This document shows positions 1 through 10,026 of a stretch of 64,000 nt of DNA, in pieces. The position numbers were made by a program, and so were the translations under genes. The stretch lies in NCBI GenBank assembly GCA_963663165.1, contig OY760175.1:3168001-3232000 (forward strand). The letters run 5' to 3'. The notes beneath the pieces were generated by a model. It was not told the DNA's origin and did no database searches. It saw only the letters and a program-made list of their open reading frames with translations. The stretch's first letter is position 1, and each line of letters begins with the position of its first letter. This DNA comes from an uncultured Desulfospira sp. (lineage in GTDB: Bacteria > Desulfobacterota > Desulfobacteria > Desulfobacterales > Desulfobacteraceae).

Positions 1-976
1 TCAACAGGGTCTCAACAATGGCAAAAGAATAAATCACCACCAGATAATGCCTGGCCAGGGCTGCAAAATTACATTTTCCACCTGAAAAAGGCGGAAAATT
101 TTCAGCCTTTTTAAAAAATTCGTAGATCTCATGATATGTTACAACAAACCCGCCGGTAAACAATTGTTCAAAGTAAGGAATTACCTGGCCGAACCTGTTT
201 CCCGACAAGGCATCAATACCGTATATGAAAGATACTGCCATGGCCACAACAAGGGGAATTCCGGCCCAGATAACGGCACGCATAAGAAAAAGAGGTCTTA
301 ATTCTTTATTCCTTACGGCTAAAAAAGCAAGGGCACAAAAATAGAATATAATAAATAAACACCCTTCAATTCTGATGAGAGTTGATGCCCATGCCAAAAT
401 AAATGTCAGCACAAAACAGGACTGACCCTTCTCCCTTATTGACTTTAATCCCCAATATATAAACGAGCTTGATACCAGGAGGAAAAGAGGATCCCGGCTC
501 AAATATAGAAACCATTCATTCATCATGGGCAGAACGGCAAAAATGAGACTTGCCCAAAAGGCGGCACCTATGCCAAATAATGCTTTTGTCAGATAATACA
601 GGGGAATGGCAGAAAGGGTAATACTCACACAAGAGATAAAATACCCGGAAACAATCCAGTCCGGGATAATAAAGTGAACCAGTGCCAGAAGTATTGGATA
701 GACCGGCATCGGATAAAGGGACAGGCCTTTTGCAAATTCTCCTGCGCTATAGTGTTTTGCAGCGGCTATATATAAAATACCATCGTTGTTGATGGCCGAG
801 TCAAATAACCCCGCCAGTATAACCAGTTTTATCAGGACAGAAACAAGTAAAGGAATTCCCAGGCAAAAAAATGTTTGTTTTTTCTCACTGAGCTTATGCA
901 GATTTAAACCTGTCCCCCCAGCAATATCCTTAATGCCAGGAAAAAATATCTTTCTCCTTTCATGCATTTCATTCAT
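1..976 (-). CDS. GT39/ArnT-PMT-like integral membrane glycosyltransferase (partial, runs off the window start)
   Basis: Not in the ORF track. Manual translation from ATG at 976 (upstream AAAGGGGAA) gives MNEMHERR...AINNDGILYIAAAKHY...YPMPVYPILLALV...LSRDPLFLL...TLIRIEG, open to position 1. Many TM segments and a DG..Y / RxE pattern typical of GT-C/PMT_2 proteins. Confidence 0.7.
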   Translation of the reverse strand, partial: MNEMHERRKIFFPGIKDIAGGTGLNLHKLSEKKQTFFCLGIPLLVSVLIKLVILAGLFDSAINNDGILYIAAAKHYSAGEFAKGLSLYPMPVYPILLALVHFIIPDWIVSGYFISCVSITLSAIPLYYLTKALFGIGAAFWASLIFAVLPMMNEWFLYLSRDPLFLLVSSSFIYWGLKSIREKGQSCFVLTFILAWASTLIRIEGCLFIIFYFCALAFLAVRNKELRPLFLMRAVIWAGIPLVVAMAVSFIYGIDALSGNRFGQVIPYFEQLFTGGFVVTYHEIYEFFKKAENFPPFSGGKCNFAALARHYLVVIYSFAIVETLL

Positions 977-1322
977 TAAAAATGATTCCCCTTTAAATGG
1001 GTGTTGAAACCATCCAAATTTTCATTGAGTTATGATGTTTCTACAGGTCTTTGAGGCGGCTACTATATCATGACCAACTATCATTTAAAATAAAGCCATC
1101 GGTTATCTTCTTAAAAAAACGGCATTGAATATAGCATATTAACCGTTATTCATCAATCAATCATTAAAGCAGGGCTGCAGCGTGCTGACTGATGGGGTAA
1201 AAAAAGGCTCTATGCAAGGCATAGGATTTTATATTTTTCTTGACAATCACAGGCACTTTCTTTATCCATTTGCAGTGTTTACTATATGCTTAACGATATT
1301 GAATATTTAGAATGAAAAATAT

Positions 1323-2225
1323 ATGAATTCAAAAGAAAAAGGGGTTTATATAGGGCTCTGGTTGCTTATCTTTGTCCTGGGGAAATTTTCTTTCCGATCC
1401 GGAGCATCTCTAGGCAAATTCATCGGCGCAATATGGTTTTTCCTGGATAAAACCCGAAAAAATATAGCCATTGATAATTTATCCCGGGCATATGGCCCGG
1501 AAAAAAGTAAAAATGAGATTTTACAGCTGGCCAGGAGAGTATTTGATAATCTAGGCCGGATGCTTTTTGAATATGCCTGGTTTTACAGTTCAGGAAGCAA
1601 ACATGATTCAGGGATCTTCTCAGTAAAAGGGTTTAACCATTTAGAAGCCGCACATGCCAAAAAAAAGGGGGTCCTTCTTTTATCCGCTCACCTTGGCAAC
1701 TGGGAGTTTGGTACAGCACTCGCACCTCTGACCGGGATGCCCATAACCGTGGTCTATCAAAAAATCAAATTCAAACCTTTGGACCTGCTGATAAAAAACA
1801 ACAGGAAAAAGCTGGGCATCACCCTTTTACCCTTGCACAATGCTTTTGCAGGCGTGGACTCCGCCTTGAAACGCGGTGACCTGATTGGGCTTTTGATGGA
1901 TCAGAATACCAGACATAAAAAAGGGATATTCATTGATTTTTTTGGCCGGAAGACTTCAGCAAATCCAGGCCTTGCCAAATTAGCCCTTCAAACCGGTGCG
2001 CCCGTTATCCCTGCGTTTGCCTACAGGGAAAACGGTAAATATATTTTTGAAATCCAGCCTGAACTGCCCTTAATCAAAACCGGGGATGAAAAAACCGATA
2101 TCCTTTTAAACACGCAACAACAAAATACCGTGATTGAAAAAATTGTCAGAAGACACCCAGACCAATGGTTTTGGATTCATAAACGTTGGAAAACAAGGCC
2201 TTTAGACGAACAGGAATCAGCTTAG
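1323..2225 (+). CDS. lpxL: Lipid A biosynthesis lauroyl/myristoyl acyltransferase (LpxL/HtrB family)
   Basis: Motifs LLSAHLGNWE, GLLMDQ, FFG, PDQWFWIHKRWKT. Confidence 0.9.
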   Translation: MNSKEKGVYIGLWLLIFVLGKFSFRSGASLGKFIGAIWFFLDKTRKNIAIDNLSRAYGPEKSKNEILQLARRVFDNLGRMLFEYAWFYSSGSKHDSGIFSVKGFNHLEAAHAKKKGVLLLSAHLGNWEFGTALAPLTGMPITVVYQKIKFKPLDLLIKNNRKKLGITLLPLHNAFAGVDSALKRGDLIGLLMDQNTRHKKGIFIDFFGRKTSANPGLAKLALQTGAPVIPAFAYRENGKYIFEIQPELPLIKTGDEKTDILLNTQQQNTVIEKIVRRHPDQWFWIHKRWKTRPLDEQESA

Positions 2226-2353
2226 GATCGTCTCTTGCTTTACAAACTGATTCCCATATAGATATTTATGACAATTGATCATTGTATAAAACCGAAATCC
2301 GGAAGCCGTATCCAATTAATTTTTTGAACAAAACGCCCAAAACGGAACAAGTA

Positions 2354-3223
2354 ATGAATAACCCTATTGTTACGATACTGATTCCCAATTACAGAACACC
2401 GGAACTTACCAAACTCTGCCTTCGTCTGATCAGAAAACATACAGACTGTTCAAGAATTCATGTTATTGTCATTGATAATGACTCCGGGGACGAATCAACT
2501 GATTATTTAAAATCCCTGAAATGGATTGAACTTATCCAAAGAGAGCCCATTCCTTGTGAAAGCCCTTCGGTATCTCATTCAAGAGCCCTTGATCTGGCAC
2601 TTGAAAGGGTTACAACGCCATATGTTCTCTCCATACATACAGACACTTTCATAAAGGATCCGGGATGGCTTGACGCGTTGTTAAACGAAATTGAGAAAGG
2701 GCCGGAAATCGCCGGAATAGGTTCCTGGAAACTTGAAAACAGCCCCTCTTTTTTAAAAAGAGCATGGAAAATTTTTGAATATAAAGTACGCAGGCTAAAA
2801 TACTCAATAAGCTCAAACCAAGAAAAATTTGTGGAAGTGAAATCACAGGAGGATGCGGGATACTACAGCCTGTCGAACCCAAACAGCTTGAATCTGAATA
2901 AAAAAAATTACTACCTAAGAAGCCATTGTGCCCTATACAGGACGGATATCTTAAAAGAACACGGCCTTAAATTTCACACACCGGATAAAACTGCAGGCCA
3001 TGAAATGCATCATAGACTCACAGAAAAAAATTACAAAATGGTTTTTCTCTCGACTGAATTTTTAAGCCGATATCTGATGCACCTCAACCATGCCACAATG
3101 GTTCTGCATCCCGAGCTTGGATCTAGAAAAAAAACGGTTCGTAAGGGGATGAAACGAATAAAAAAAGCATTAAAGGTGCTCAAGGCGGACGAAATTATGA
3201 AGGAAAATTCCCTCGACCTTTAA
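2354..3223 (+). CDS. Family 2 glycosyltransferase
   Basis: VTILIPNY, VIVIDNDSGD and SIHTD (DxD-like). ATG at 2354 preferred over TTG at 2282. Confidence 0.85.
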   Translation: MNNPIVTILIPNYRTPELTKLCLRLIRKHTDCSRIHVIVIDNDSGDESTDYLKSLKWIELIQREPIPCESPSVSHSRALDLALERVTTPYVLSIHTDTFIKDPGWLDALLNEIEKGPEIAGIGSWKLENSPSFLKRAWKIFEYKVRRLKYSISSNQEKFVEVKSQEDAGYYSLSNPNSLNLNKKNYYLRSHCALYRTDILKEHGLKFHTPDKTAGHEMHHRLTEKNYKMVFLSTEFLSRYLMHLNHATMVLHPELGSRKKTVRKGMKRIKKALKVLKADEIMKENSLDL

Positions 3224-3306
3224 AAACAGCATTTTTTGAATTCAAGATTACGCGTTGTTAAAACAGACAAACGATACCCAAAAAATAATAAAAGAGTTTA
3301 TAAACC

Positions 3307-4302
3307 ATGGCCCACCAGAGCCCCTCTATCCTCTTCCTTGCAAAACGAAAAGCCAGTGCATCAACAAGGTACAGATGCCTTCACTACTTTCCATTTCTTG
3401 AACGGGCGGGATTCAAGCCGGAACATATCAACACCAAAGGCGGGCTGATCAAAAAATTTCGGATTCTTTACAAAGTAAAAAAGGCCGATGCTGTTGTAGT
3501 TGCAAGAAAAACGTTTACATGGCCTTTCAGGTCCCTTGTCCACCGGTGTTCAAAAAACCTTATCTTTGATTTTGACGATGCCATATTTGTCAGGAGCAGC
3601 GGTGAAAAATCCGTCCTTCGCCAAAGCAGGTTCAAGGCGATGCTTAAACGAGTTGACCATGTCTGGGCAGGGAACCGGTATCTTGAAACTATGGCATTGA
3701 AATACTGTCCCAGCGTGGAAGTGCTGCCAACTGCGGTAGATCTTGATCGTTACCATCTCAATACAGAAAAATCCGAAAACCATATTGATATTGTCTGGAT
3801 TGGAAGTTCCTCTACAAAAAAATATCTTAAACGCCTTATCCCTGTCCTTGATAAAGCAGCTGAACTTTTTCCCGGTATCAGGCTGAAAATAATAGCTGAC
3901 TTTGACCTTGAAACCCGTAAGATCAAAACCGTACCGATTGCCTGGTCAGAAGAAACTGAAGGTGCTGAAATCGGATCAAGCCATATCGGTATTTCAATGA
4001 TGACGGAAGATCCCTGGTCAAACGGAAAGTGCGGGCTTAAGGTTATTCAGTACATGGCCGCATCTCTGCCGGTCATTGCCACCAATAATGGCGCCCACAA
4101 AGAGATTATTGAACATGAAAAATCCGGTGTCCTTGTAAATAACGAAGCAGAATGGCTGGATGCGCTCTCAGATTTAATCAAAAACAAAGAAAAAAGAGAC
4201 ACATTGGGTCAAAGAGGATTTGAGACGGTAACCCAAAGATACTCTCTGGAAACAACCTCACAACAAATGATCGATAGTTTAAACCGCCTTATCCGACATT
4301 GA
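3307..4302 (+). CDS. Family 4 glycosyltransferase
   Basis: ASTRYRC, IFDFDDAIF, IVWIGS, GKCGLKVIQYMAASLPVIA (GT-B fold). Confidence 0.9.
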   Translation: MAHQSPSILFLAKRKASASTRYRCLHYFPFLERAGFKPEHINTKGGLIKKFRILYKVKKADAVVVARKTFTWPFRSLVHRCSKNLIFDFDDAIFVRSSGEKSVLRQSRFKAMLKRVDHVWAGNRYLETMALKYCPSVEVLPTAVDLDRYHLNTEKSENHIDIVWIGSSSTKKYLKRLIPVLDKAAELFPGIRLKIIADFDLETRKIKTVPIAWSEETEGAEIGSSHIGISMMTEDPWSNGKCGLKVIQYMAASLPVIATNNGAHKEIIEHEKSGVLVNNEAEWLDALSDLIKNKEKRDTLGQRGFETVTQRYSLETTSQQMIDSLNRLIRH

Positions 4303-4974
4303 AGAGCAAAGCTTTATGACTTTTTTCTTCAAATTTTCAGGATCTGATTTGAATCTGAACTCAGCCTTTTCAAGGTAGTGATCTAAAAAACACTCTATGC
4401 CTATTTCCCTTATTGCCTGCCGGTCCTGCTTGTGGTGGAGTATGGGTTTAAAATTTCTAATTCTTTTTGAAAACAACAGAGGGGACGATGAAAAAAAATG
4501 GAGACTGTCAACATCAATCAGGCCGAACCGGTTATCTTCAAGGACAAAGACATTATTGAAATGAACTGCTCGAAAATAAATGCCATTATTGTGCAGAAAG
4601 GCGAAAAACTTTGCAAAATCGAGCAGGCAGAATAAATTTTCTCTTTCCGTTATAAGCTTGTCCCGAAGAGAAATCCCTCTAAGGGGCTTATAAATGATCA
4701 AATATCTTTTTATTGAAGGAACTTTATAAGTATTTTTAATACGAACCGTTGGGACACCCATTTTTCCGAGCAGTTCGACAGCCCGTACAAATCTTTTTGC
4801 ATAGGGCCACAAAATGGCTGATGAAATAATCCGTTTTCTCCTGAAAAGCTTTGCAATACAACCATCGGAAAGCCGGATCACCTTTACGCCGTAACTGTCC
4901 TCGGTAAGTACAGTTCCATTTTTAACCAGGCTTTCATAATCTGCCTGGTCCAATTTTTCCCACCTGCAGAACAT
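4279..4974 (-). CDS. LPS kinase-like protein (Kdo/WaaP superfamily, Ttg8/PA4998-like)
   Basis: VKVIRLSDG..AKLFRRKRIISSA..PYAKRF; LHNNGIYFRAVHFNNV; FGLIDV. Last gene of the waaG-waaP run. Confidence 0.75.
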   Translation of the reverse strand: MFCRWEKLDQADYESLVKNGTVLTEDSYGVKVIRLSDGCIAKLFRRKRIISSAILWPYAKRFVRAVELLGKMGVPTVRIKNTYKVPSIKRYLIIYKPLRGISLRDKLITERENLFCLLDFAKFFAFLHNNGIYFRAVHFNNVFVLEDNRFGLIDVDSLHFFSSSPLLFSKRIRNFKPILHHKQDRQAIREIGIECFLDHYLEKAEFRFKSDPENLKKKVIKLCSSMSDKAV

Positions 4975-4980
4975 TATCTT

Positions 4981-6423
4981 TTACCGTCCTTTTTGTGAAA
5001 GCCCTTTAAAATGCCTCATTACTTCAGGATGCCCTTCCCAATTTTGTAAAAACCTTTTTACATCCTTTTTAAATGCCTTTTTAAAACCAGCCGCGCTCCT
5101 GTGCTGTTGCATGCTGTCCAAATCAATCAAATACGGCTGTTCCCCATGGATGATAATATTTGTGGCTTTCATATCGCCATGACTGATCTTCATTCGCTCA
5201 AATTTCTCAAACAGTGCGGTGATCTTTTCTGCCATGCTTTCAAGATCCGCTTGCGCCATCTTTGGAAAGAGGGTCCTTGCATTCTCGCCACTGACATATT
5301 CACATATAAAAAAAGCCGTGTTTCTGAAAGGGCCGAATCGTTTTTCCTTAAAGGCGGCAGGAAGGCCTGTTCTTATGTCGTTTTTCACAAGCATATGGGC
5401 GGAACGCCACGATATATCCGCCCTTGTCCTTTTAAAGGCCCTCCTGAATGCATGAAAGAAATTCTTCATATTGTACCGCTTGATCACAAATTTTCTTCCA
5501 TCTATTTCACAAAGGACAACGGTTGCCGAATTACCTGCCTTGAGCAGATTTTCACCAGCATTTTCAAACGCCGTATCAGGATTTTCAAGCAGGGCTTTAA
5601 ACCGATTTGAAGCATACGCTTTGTTACAGGCCATAAATGAAAAAAAGCTTTTCCGGCAAAAAGTTTTTGTGGAATTCCGGTATATTTTTTTTAGATATTT
5701 TTTAATATTTTTTTTTCTGCTCCTTGAAATATCCCTTTCAAAATCCGCAGACGCATCTTTATACGGCCTGATATTTCTTGCTTTGAGATATACACCCAAA
5801 GGTTCATCCAATTCTTTTTGCCCTGCAAAATCAGTCTGAGCAAAAAAAACGGACAAATTTTTAAGCCCTTCTTTAATGGGCAAAGAGCGGGCCGATCTTT
5901 TTTTTATCGCCGCACAGTCTAAAAAAAATATCTTTTTTTCCTGTAAAAGAAAATTTTTAGCATGAAGGTCAGTATGAATGGCCCCTTTATTGTGCAGTAA
6001 AGCAATCATTTTTATAAAACGGTTTAAAATCTCTTTATTAGAATCCTCTGTACGGGATTTTTCTGTAACTATTGAAATATCACTTGTAAAATCAATATAT
6101 TCAAGTATCAGAACATATGCTTTTATTTCGTTGTTGAATTCATTGCAGAGTATTTTAGGTGAAAAAATCCCCGCGTCTTCTAATATCTTTGCACCATATA
6201 CTTCCTTTCCAATATTCGCTTTGGAACGAAATTTTTTAAAGAACAGCTTTGCAACAACCTTTTTATCATCCAGGCTGCCTAAGACAACAGCCCTGCGCCC
6301 TGGGATATACCTTAATATTTTTCGGCATTTAAGCCGTTTATCTGCGGATACAAGCTCAAGCTCGAAAGGGAGATGGAACCGCTTCTTTCCAATTGTTAAA
6401 TATTTGAAATCAGGACCATTCAT
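4981..6423 (-). CDS. Tandem two-domain LPS kinase (InaA/Kdo family, PA5006-like)
   Basis: Two kinase cores: HTDLHAKNFL...FLD and LKAGNSATV...VIKRYN...HGDMKATNII...LIDLD. Confidence 0.8.
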   Translation of the reverse strand: MNGPDFKYLTIGKKRFHLPFELELVSADKRLKCRKILRYIPGRRAVVLGSLDDKKVVAKLFFKKFRSKANIGKEVYGAKILEDAGIFSPKILCNEFNNEIKAYVLILEYIDFTSDISIVTEKSRTEDSNKEILNRFIKMIALLHNKGAIHTDLHAKNFLLQEKKIFFLDCAAIKKRSARSLPIKEGLKNLSVFFAQTDFAGQKELDEPLGVYLKARNIRPYKDASADFERDISRSRKKNIKKYLKKIYRNSTKTFCRKSFFSFMACNKAYASNRFKALLENPDTAFENAGENLLKAGNSATVVLCEIDGRKFVIKRYNMKNFFHAFRRAFKRTRADISWRSAHMLVKNDIRTGLPAAFKEKRFGPFRNTAFFICEYVSGENARTLFPKMAQADLESMAEKITALFEKFERMKISHGDMKATNIIIHGEQPYLIDLDSMQQHRSAAGFKKAFKKDVKRFLQNWEGHPEVMRHFKGLSQKGR

Positions 6424-6427
6424 CGGC

Positions 6428-7258
6428 TTACCAAATGAAATGCGGATCTTTTTTAAACTCCTTTTTATACAGATTCACGGCGCGTTTTCTCACCACCCAC
6501 CAAAAGAGTTTATCCCCCTCTATTGCCCTTTCAGGTGTAGTGCCTTTATAAAGGCCGATAAAATAAAGGATATCATCCTTTGAAAGGCCAAGATCCATGC
6601 TTGAAAAAAGGAGGGCTGAAATATCTTTAACACGCCAACGCCAAGGCGTTTTTCTGCGGATTTGGACCCGGTGCAGGTCTATCAGATAGAGTTTTATATT
6701 ATCAGGCCCAACATGCTCACGCCCCATTGATATATCAAGAAGAAAATGACAGATGTAAAAATCCCTGTGATTTAGGCCATTTTCATGGATGGTTCGGGCA
6801 ATCCAGGCGATTTTTTTTATCAGCGCTTTTTTCAACTCATTTGAGGGGGGGGTCAAGGCCCAGTCCCGGCAATAATTTTCAAGACTGATGGTATCTTTAA
6901 GTTCGTCTGTAATGACAAAAGATTTTATTCTGCCGGGGTTTCTTCCTTCTTTACCGTATCCGACAAGGTCCATGGTATCAACACCGATACTTTTAAGCTT
7001 CTTTATTGCCTGCCATTCGTTTTCGGCACTTAATACCGGCGGTCTTCTGAACTGGCGAAGATTTTTCAAAATTTTTTTCCAGCCGACGCCGGTGTGGAAC
7101 TTGCCAAAGTAAAATTTGTCTTTAAAGCTGAAGCGAAAGGTTCTTCGCCCGTCCTTTTGACTGTAGACAGGCCCTTCAATTTCAAAAAGCTTTTTCAAGC
7201 CTTTTTCCTTAATGTTAAAATACGCCATCCAGTCATCGGGCAAATTGATCATGAACAC
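6428..7258 (-). CDS. waaP: LPS core heptose(I) kinase WaaP/RfaP
   Basis: GRRTFRF, PVLSAENEWQAI, SFVITDEL, NHRDFYICHFLL, LIDLHRVQIR, RWRVKD. True start may be ATG at 7252. Confidence 0.92.
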   Translation of the reverse strand: MFMINLPDDWMAYFNIKEKGLKKLFEIEGPVYSQKDGRRTFRFSFKDKFYFGKFHTGVGWKKILKNLRQFRRPPVLSAENEWQAIKKLKSIGVDTMDLVGYGKEGRNPGRIKSFVITDELKDTISLENYCRDWALTPPSNELKKALIKKIAWIARTIHENGLNHRDFYICHFLLDISMGREHVGPDNIKLYLIDLHRVQIRRKTPWRWRVKDISALLFSSMDLGLSKDDILYFIGLYKGTTPERAIEGDKLFWWVVRKRAVNLYKKEFKKDPHFIW

Positions 7259-8376
7259 ACCTTCTCTATAATATCGACCGCTTTTTTTGCACGGCTGAAC
7301 ACATCGGTTTTCTTTATATACGCTAAAGCGTTCTTCTGAAAATAATTTTCTTTACGTACCCCAAGAAGTGAAATTAATTTTTCGTTGAGCGCTTCCTGTC
7401 TGAACGGGGAAGCAACCACTTTGCCGGCATCGGCCGCCTCTACATGAAAACTGTATCCGCATATATCGGTGGTAATGACCGGCAGTCCCGCAGCAATGGC
7501 TTCAACGATTACCGTGCCTGTATTTTCAATACTTGCGGGATGAAGCAGCAAATCAGATGCACAAAGCAGTTCCGGAACATCCGTTCTGGCACCGGTAAAG
7601 ATCACCCTGTCATCAACCTTATTTTTCTTTGCTAGGGTTTTAAAAGGGGCGGGATTATCTTTTCCAACCACAAGAAGCACACAGGCATCACGCAGGTCTT
7701 CCGGCAGTGAAGAGAGTGCTTTTATACTTCTTTTGACTCCCTTTATTTTAAAATTGGTGCAGACCATTAAAATTATAATTTTATCCCTGCTGATATTCAA
7801 TTCTTTGCGTTTCTTTTTATTCACAGCGTCTGGATCATCCGGAGGCAGACACTTTTTTGAAATACCGGGAGGAAGAAGAAAAAACCTTTCAGGCCCGGTG
7901 TTATAATATTCTAAATAAAACGCCTTCTCTTTTTCCGTCAACAGCAGAATCTTTGTGTTTGCTTCCTGTTTAAAAACCTCTCTTTCAAGCTTCATCAATT
8001 TTTTATATCTGCCGGTAAATCTGAAGATCGGACTTCTTTTTTTCATCTTTGCAGCATAGGAAACATCAGCACAATAATAAAAATCAAGGCCGGGCATTTT
8101 ATTAAATCCCAAAACCGCGTCATACTCTTTTTGGGCTCTGATTTTATTAAATTCTTTGGCAAAGGATTCATATCTGTTGTGATTTGTCAACCCTTTGACC
8201 TGCAATAGAGAAATATCAGCCCCTTTTATGGAATCACCTTCCCAGGAAATGGTGTATACATCGACCTTATGGCCCCGGTTCAAAAGTTCAGTTACAATAT
8301 TTTTAAAATTAACCTGAAGCCCACCAAAGGGGAAATATTTATAAAGACAAACGGCTATTTTCAATTTTTTTCCCAA
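7249..8376 (-). CDS. waaG: LPS core glucosyltransferase WaaG/RfaG (GT4)
   Basis: LYKYFPFGGLQ, GFNKMPGLD, FKIKGV, DLLLHPASIENTGTVIVEA. Directly upstream of waaP. Confidence 0.9.
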   Translation of the reverse strand: MGKKLKIAVCLYKYFPFGGLQVNFKNIVTELLNRGHKVDVYTISWEGDSIKGADISLLQVKGLTNHNRYESFAKEFNKIRAQKEYDAVLGFNKMPGLDFYYCADVSYAAKMKKRSPIFRFTGRYKKLMKLEREVFKQEANTKILLLTEKEKAFYLEYYNTGPERFFLLPPGISKKCLPPDDPDAVNKKKRKELNISRDKIIILMVCTNFKIKGVKRSIKALSSLPEDLRDACVLLVVGKDNPAPFKTLAKKNKVDDRVIFTGARTDVPELLCASDLLLHPASIENTGTVIVEAIAAGLPVITTDICGYSFHVEAADAGKVVASPFRQEALNEKLISLLGVRKENYFQKNALAYIKKTDVFSRAKKAVDIIEKVCS

Positions 8377-8389
8377 AATTAAAGAATCT

Positions 8390-8453
8390 CCAAGATCTGA
8401 AATACGATTTCAGACCATAGGCGGTAAGTGCGTTCACCTTCCGTTTTCAGAAT
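8390..8453. repeat. ~64-bp dispersed repeat, copy 1
   Basis: CCAAGATCTGAAATACGATTTCAGACCATAGGCGGTAAGTGCGTTCACCTTCCGTTTTCAGAAT recurs with few changes at 9963-10026; contains an internal TCTGAAA..TTTCAGA hairpin. Confidence 0.9.
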
Positions 8454-8547
8454 CCCCCCCGCCGGCGACGGCCCTTAAAGTTTGAACAACCCGAGTGCTT
8501 GAGGAATCTCTGATTTTTTAAAAAATAAATAAACAGTTGAAGGTCTC

Positions 8548-8607
8548 CATGGGGGCCGGCTTTTTATGCGCCCGAAGGGCGTGTAAAAAGCCGGCAGCAG
8601 CCCCATG
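8548..8607. repeat. Long intergenic hairpin
   Basis: CATGGGG-GCCGGCTTTTTATGCGCCC GAA GGGCGTGTAAAAAGCCGGC-AGCAG-CCCCATG. Confidence 0.7.
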
Positions 8608-8683
8608 CTACCGCCTTTCGTTCTTTGTTTTTATAGTAAATTCCATCTGGTGTCCAGTCGTCAAGCGCCTGGCGGTCCCCGAA

Positions 8684-8790
8684 CAGGGTCATCGCATGTA
8701 AAAAAAGCAATCTATTCCGGAATTAAAAATAAGGATAACCTAAATAAAATGTAATGGGGGCCGGAAACCGGAAGAAGGGAGACCGGATGC
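8684..8790 (+). mobile_element. Solitary ISAs1-type terminal repeat with subterminal sequence
   Basis: CAGGGTCATCGCATGTAAAAAAA...TCCGGAATTAAAAATAAGGATAA matches the inverted ends at 20860-20913 and 28178-28232. Confidence 0.7.
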
Positions 8791-8918
8791 GCCCTCCAAG
8801 GGAACCCGGCATCCGGCATCTATCGCTCTATTTTGGGTCAATGCAAGGTTGGAGCGGGCCATTCTGCAGTATATTCGAATCTTGCTCTTCCTGATCCTTA
8901 ACGGCAACTTTTCACAAT

Positions 8919-9440
8919 TTAATTGATTGGCTGTTCTGCACTAGGAAAGATGGTTACAATGTCAGGAACGCCCTCGTTATAACGGTGCTTAACGTCATTC
9001 TTCCAAAACTCGTAAAGGGAATTGCCAATTTTACTGCGCAAATAGTCTAACGGAAAATTTCAAAATTAATTCGTTTGTAAGTGGGAACTCGTTCGGATAC
9101 GGAAAAAAAATCAGGAAAATAATGTAGTCTACTGCAAATAAAGTTTGATCCGCCACGGGCTAAGGTAAATACCCCGGCAATGTTCACTTGGTTCTTATCT
9201 AATTGAAGATAATCTGAATATCGGTTAAAATTATTTTCGAATTTTCCCAGCCACTGCTTCGAAGTAGATTTGAAAGGTCTGTTTCGACCGGGAGTGTTGT
9301 TAGACATTCTTTTCATTTCTCCTATTCTGCTTTCTTCATCTATCCAATTAATAATCAGTGATGCTCGGTTCGGTTTTTGCCTGCGCGGCAATTGGAATTT
9401 TTTGATCTTTGACAATATCGTCCGTTGCCATCCGTGATGA
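8919..9440 (-). pseudogene. Fragment of a sulfotransferase-like (P-loop) gene
   Basis: VFTLARGGSNFICSRLHYFPDFFSVSE resembles the PAPS-binding RSGS/T loop plus HP..E motif. AT-rich; frame appears to shift near 9050 (continues FPLDYLRSKIG...). The annotated ORF start at 9547 lies inside a repeat. Confidence 0.4.
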
Positions 9441-9460
9441 AAAGACACCAACGCATTTTT

Positions 9461-9690
9461 ATAAGAAACTGGAGACAAGAAACAAGAGGGCGAAGCACCT
9501 GCGGTGCCCAATTTATAGTCTACCGTTGCTGGTATCTTCAGTTTCATTATTCGTTGTGGGCTTGTGGCCCATGGCCGTTATATGAAAGTCTCACTAACAT
9601 CTTGAGAAGACTTTCATTATTTGTTGTGGGCGGTTCTTGGTTGGATAACCGAGACGGCCCGGTTTCTGCCCTTTAGGGTATGGCCGTTAG
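9461..9690 (+). repeat. Two tandem units of a two-hairpin structured repeat (9461-9580 and 9581-9690)
   Basis: Core AWGAAA-[hairpin]-TTTCATNNTTYGTTGTGGGC-[hairpin]-GCCC(R)TGGCCGTTA; also at 26714-26860 and 61040-61128. Confidence 0.9.
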
Positions 9691-9955
9691 TTGATCCTCA
9701 AAGGTCATTTTTAATGGTCGGCGGGCTCCCTTATGATTTTTATTCTGGTGACATGGGGTGCAAATCTGCCAGGAGCTCCATGAATTTGTCAAAATCCATA
9801 GACTGTAATTGTTTTTTAAGACTAAAATGTGCGCCATATTGGCCTCCCTGAAATAAAATTTTCAAGGCGCATAAAAATTTTTGCGTACATTTGTCAATAA
9901 AAAATTCTTAATAAATTTAACGGTTTTTACGCAAGAATCTAACCGAACAACACTG
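9689..9955 (-). mobile_element. Degenerate 5' remnant of an IS4-family element (left end plus broken transposase N-terminus)
   Basis: RBS GGAGG and ATG at 9837. Frameshifted pieces read MAHILV / KKQLQSMDFDKF / GARRPLKMTFEDQL, which I recognise from memory as a deltaproteobacterial IS4 transposase N-terminus. Candidate IR CAGTGTTGTTCGGTTAG at 9955-9939. Confidence 0.6.
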
Positions 9956-9962
9956 GGAATAT

Positions 9963-10026
9963 CCAAGATCTGAAATATTATTTCAGACCATCGGCGGAAA
10001 GTGAGTTCACCTTCCGTTTTCAGAAT
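9963..10026. repeat. ~64-bp dispersed repeat, copy 2
   Basis: Direct copy of 8390-8453. Confidence 0.9.

Noticed and set aside
4279..4302. 24-bp convergent overlap of the GT4 and kinase genes
   Set aside because: Short 3' overlaps are common and no further signal is present
9461..9690. Integron attC sites (hairpins ending in GTTA beside TA, GNAT and hcp genes)
   Set aside because: No complementary RYYYAAC box at the other end, no single long stem with extrahelical bases, and no integrase in the window
9440..9851. ORFs 9425-9676, 9621-9851, 26684-26884, 26712-27020 and the N-terminus of 9047-9547, which share peptide sequence
   Set aside because: The similarity comes from translating the same non-coding repeat
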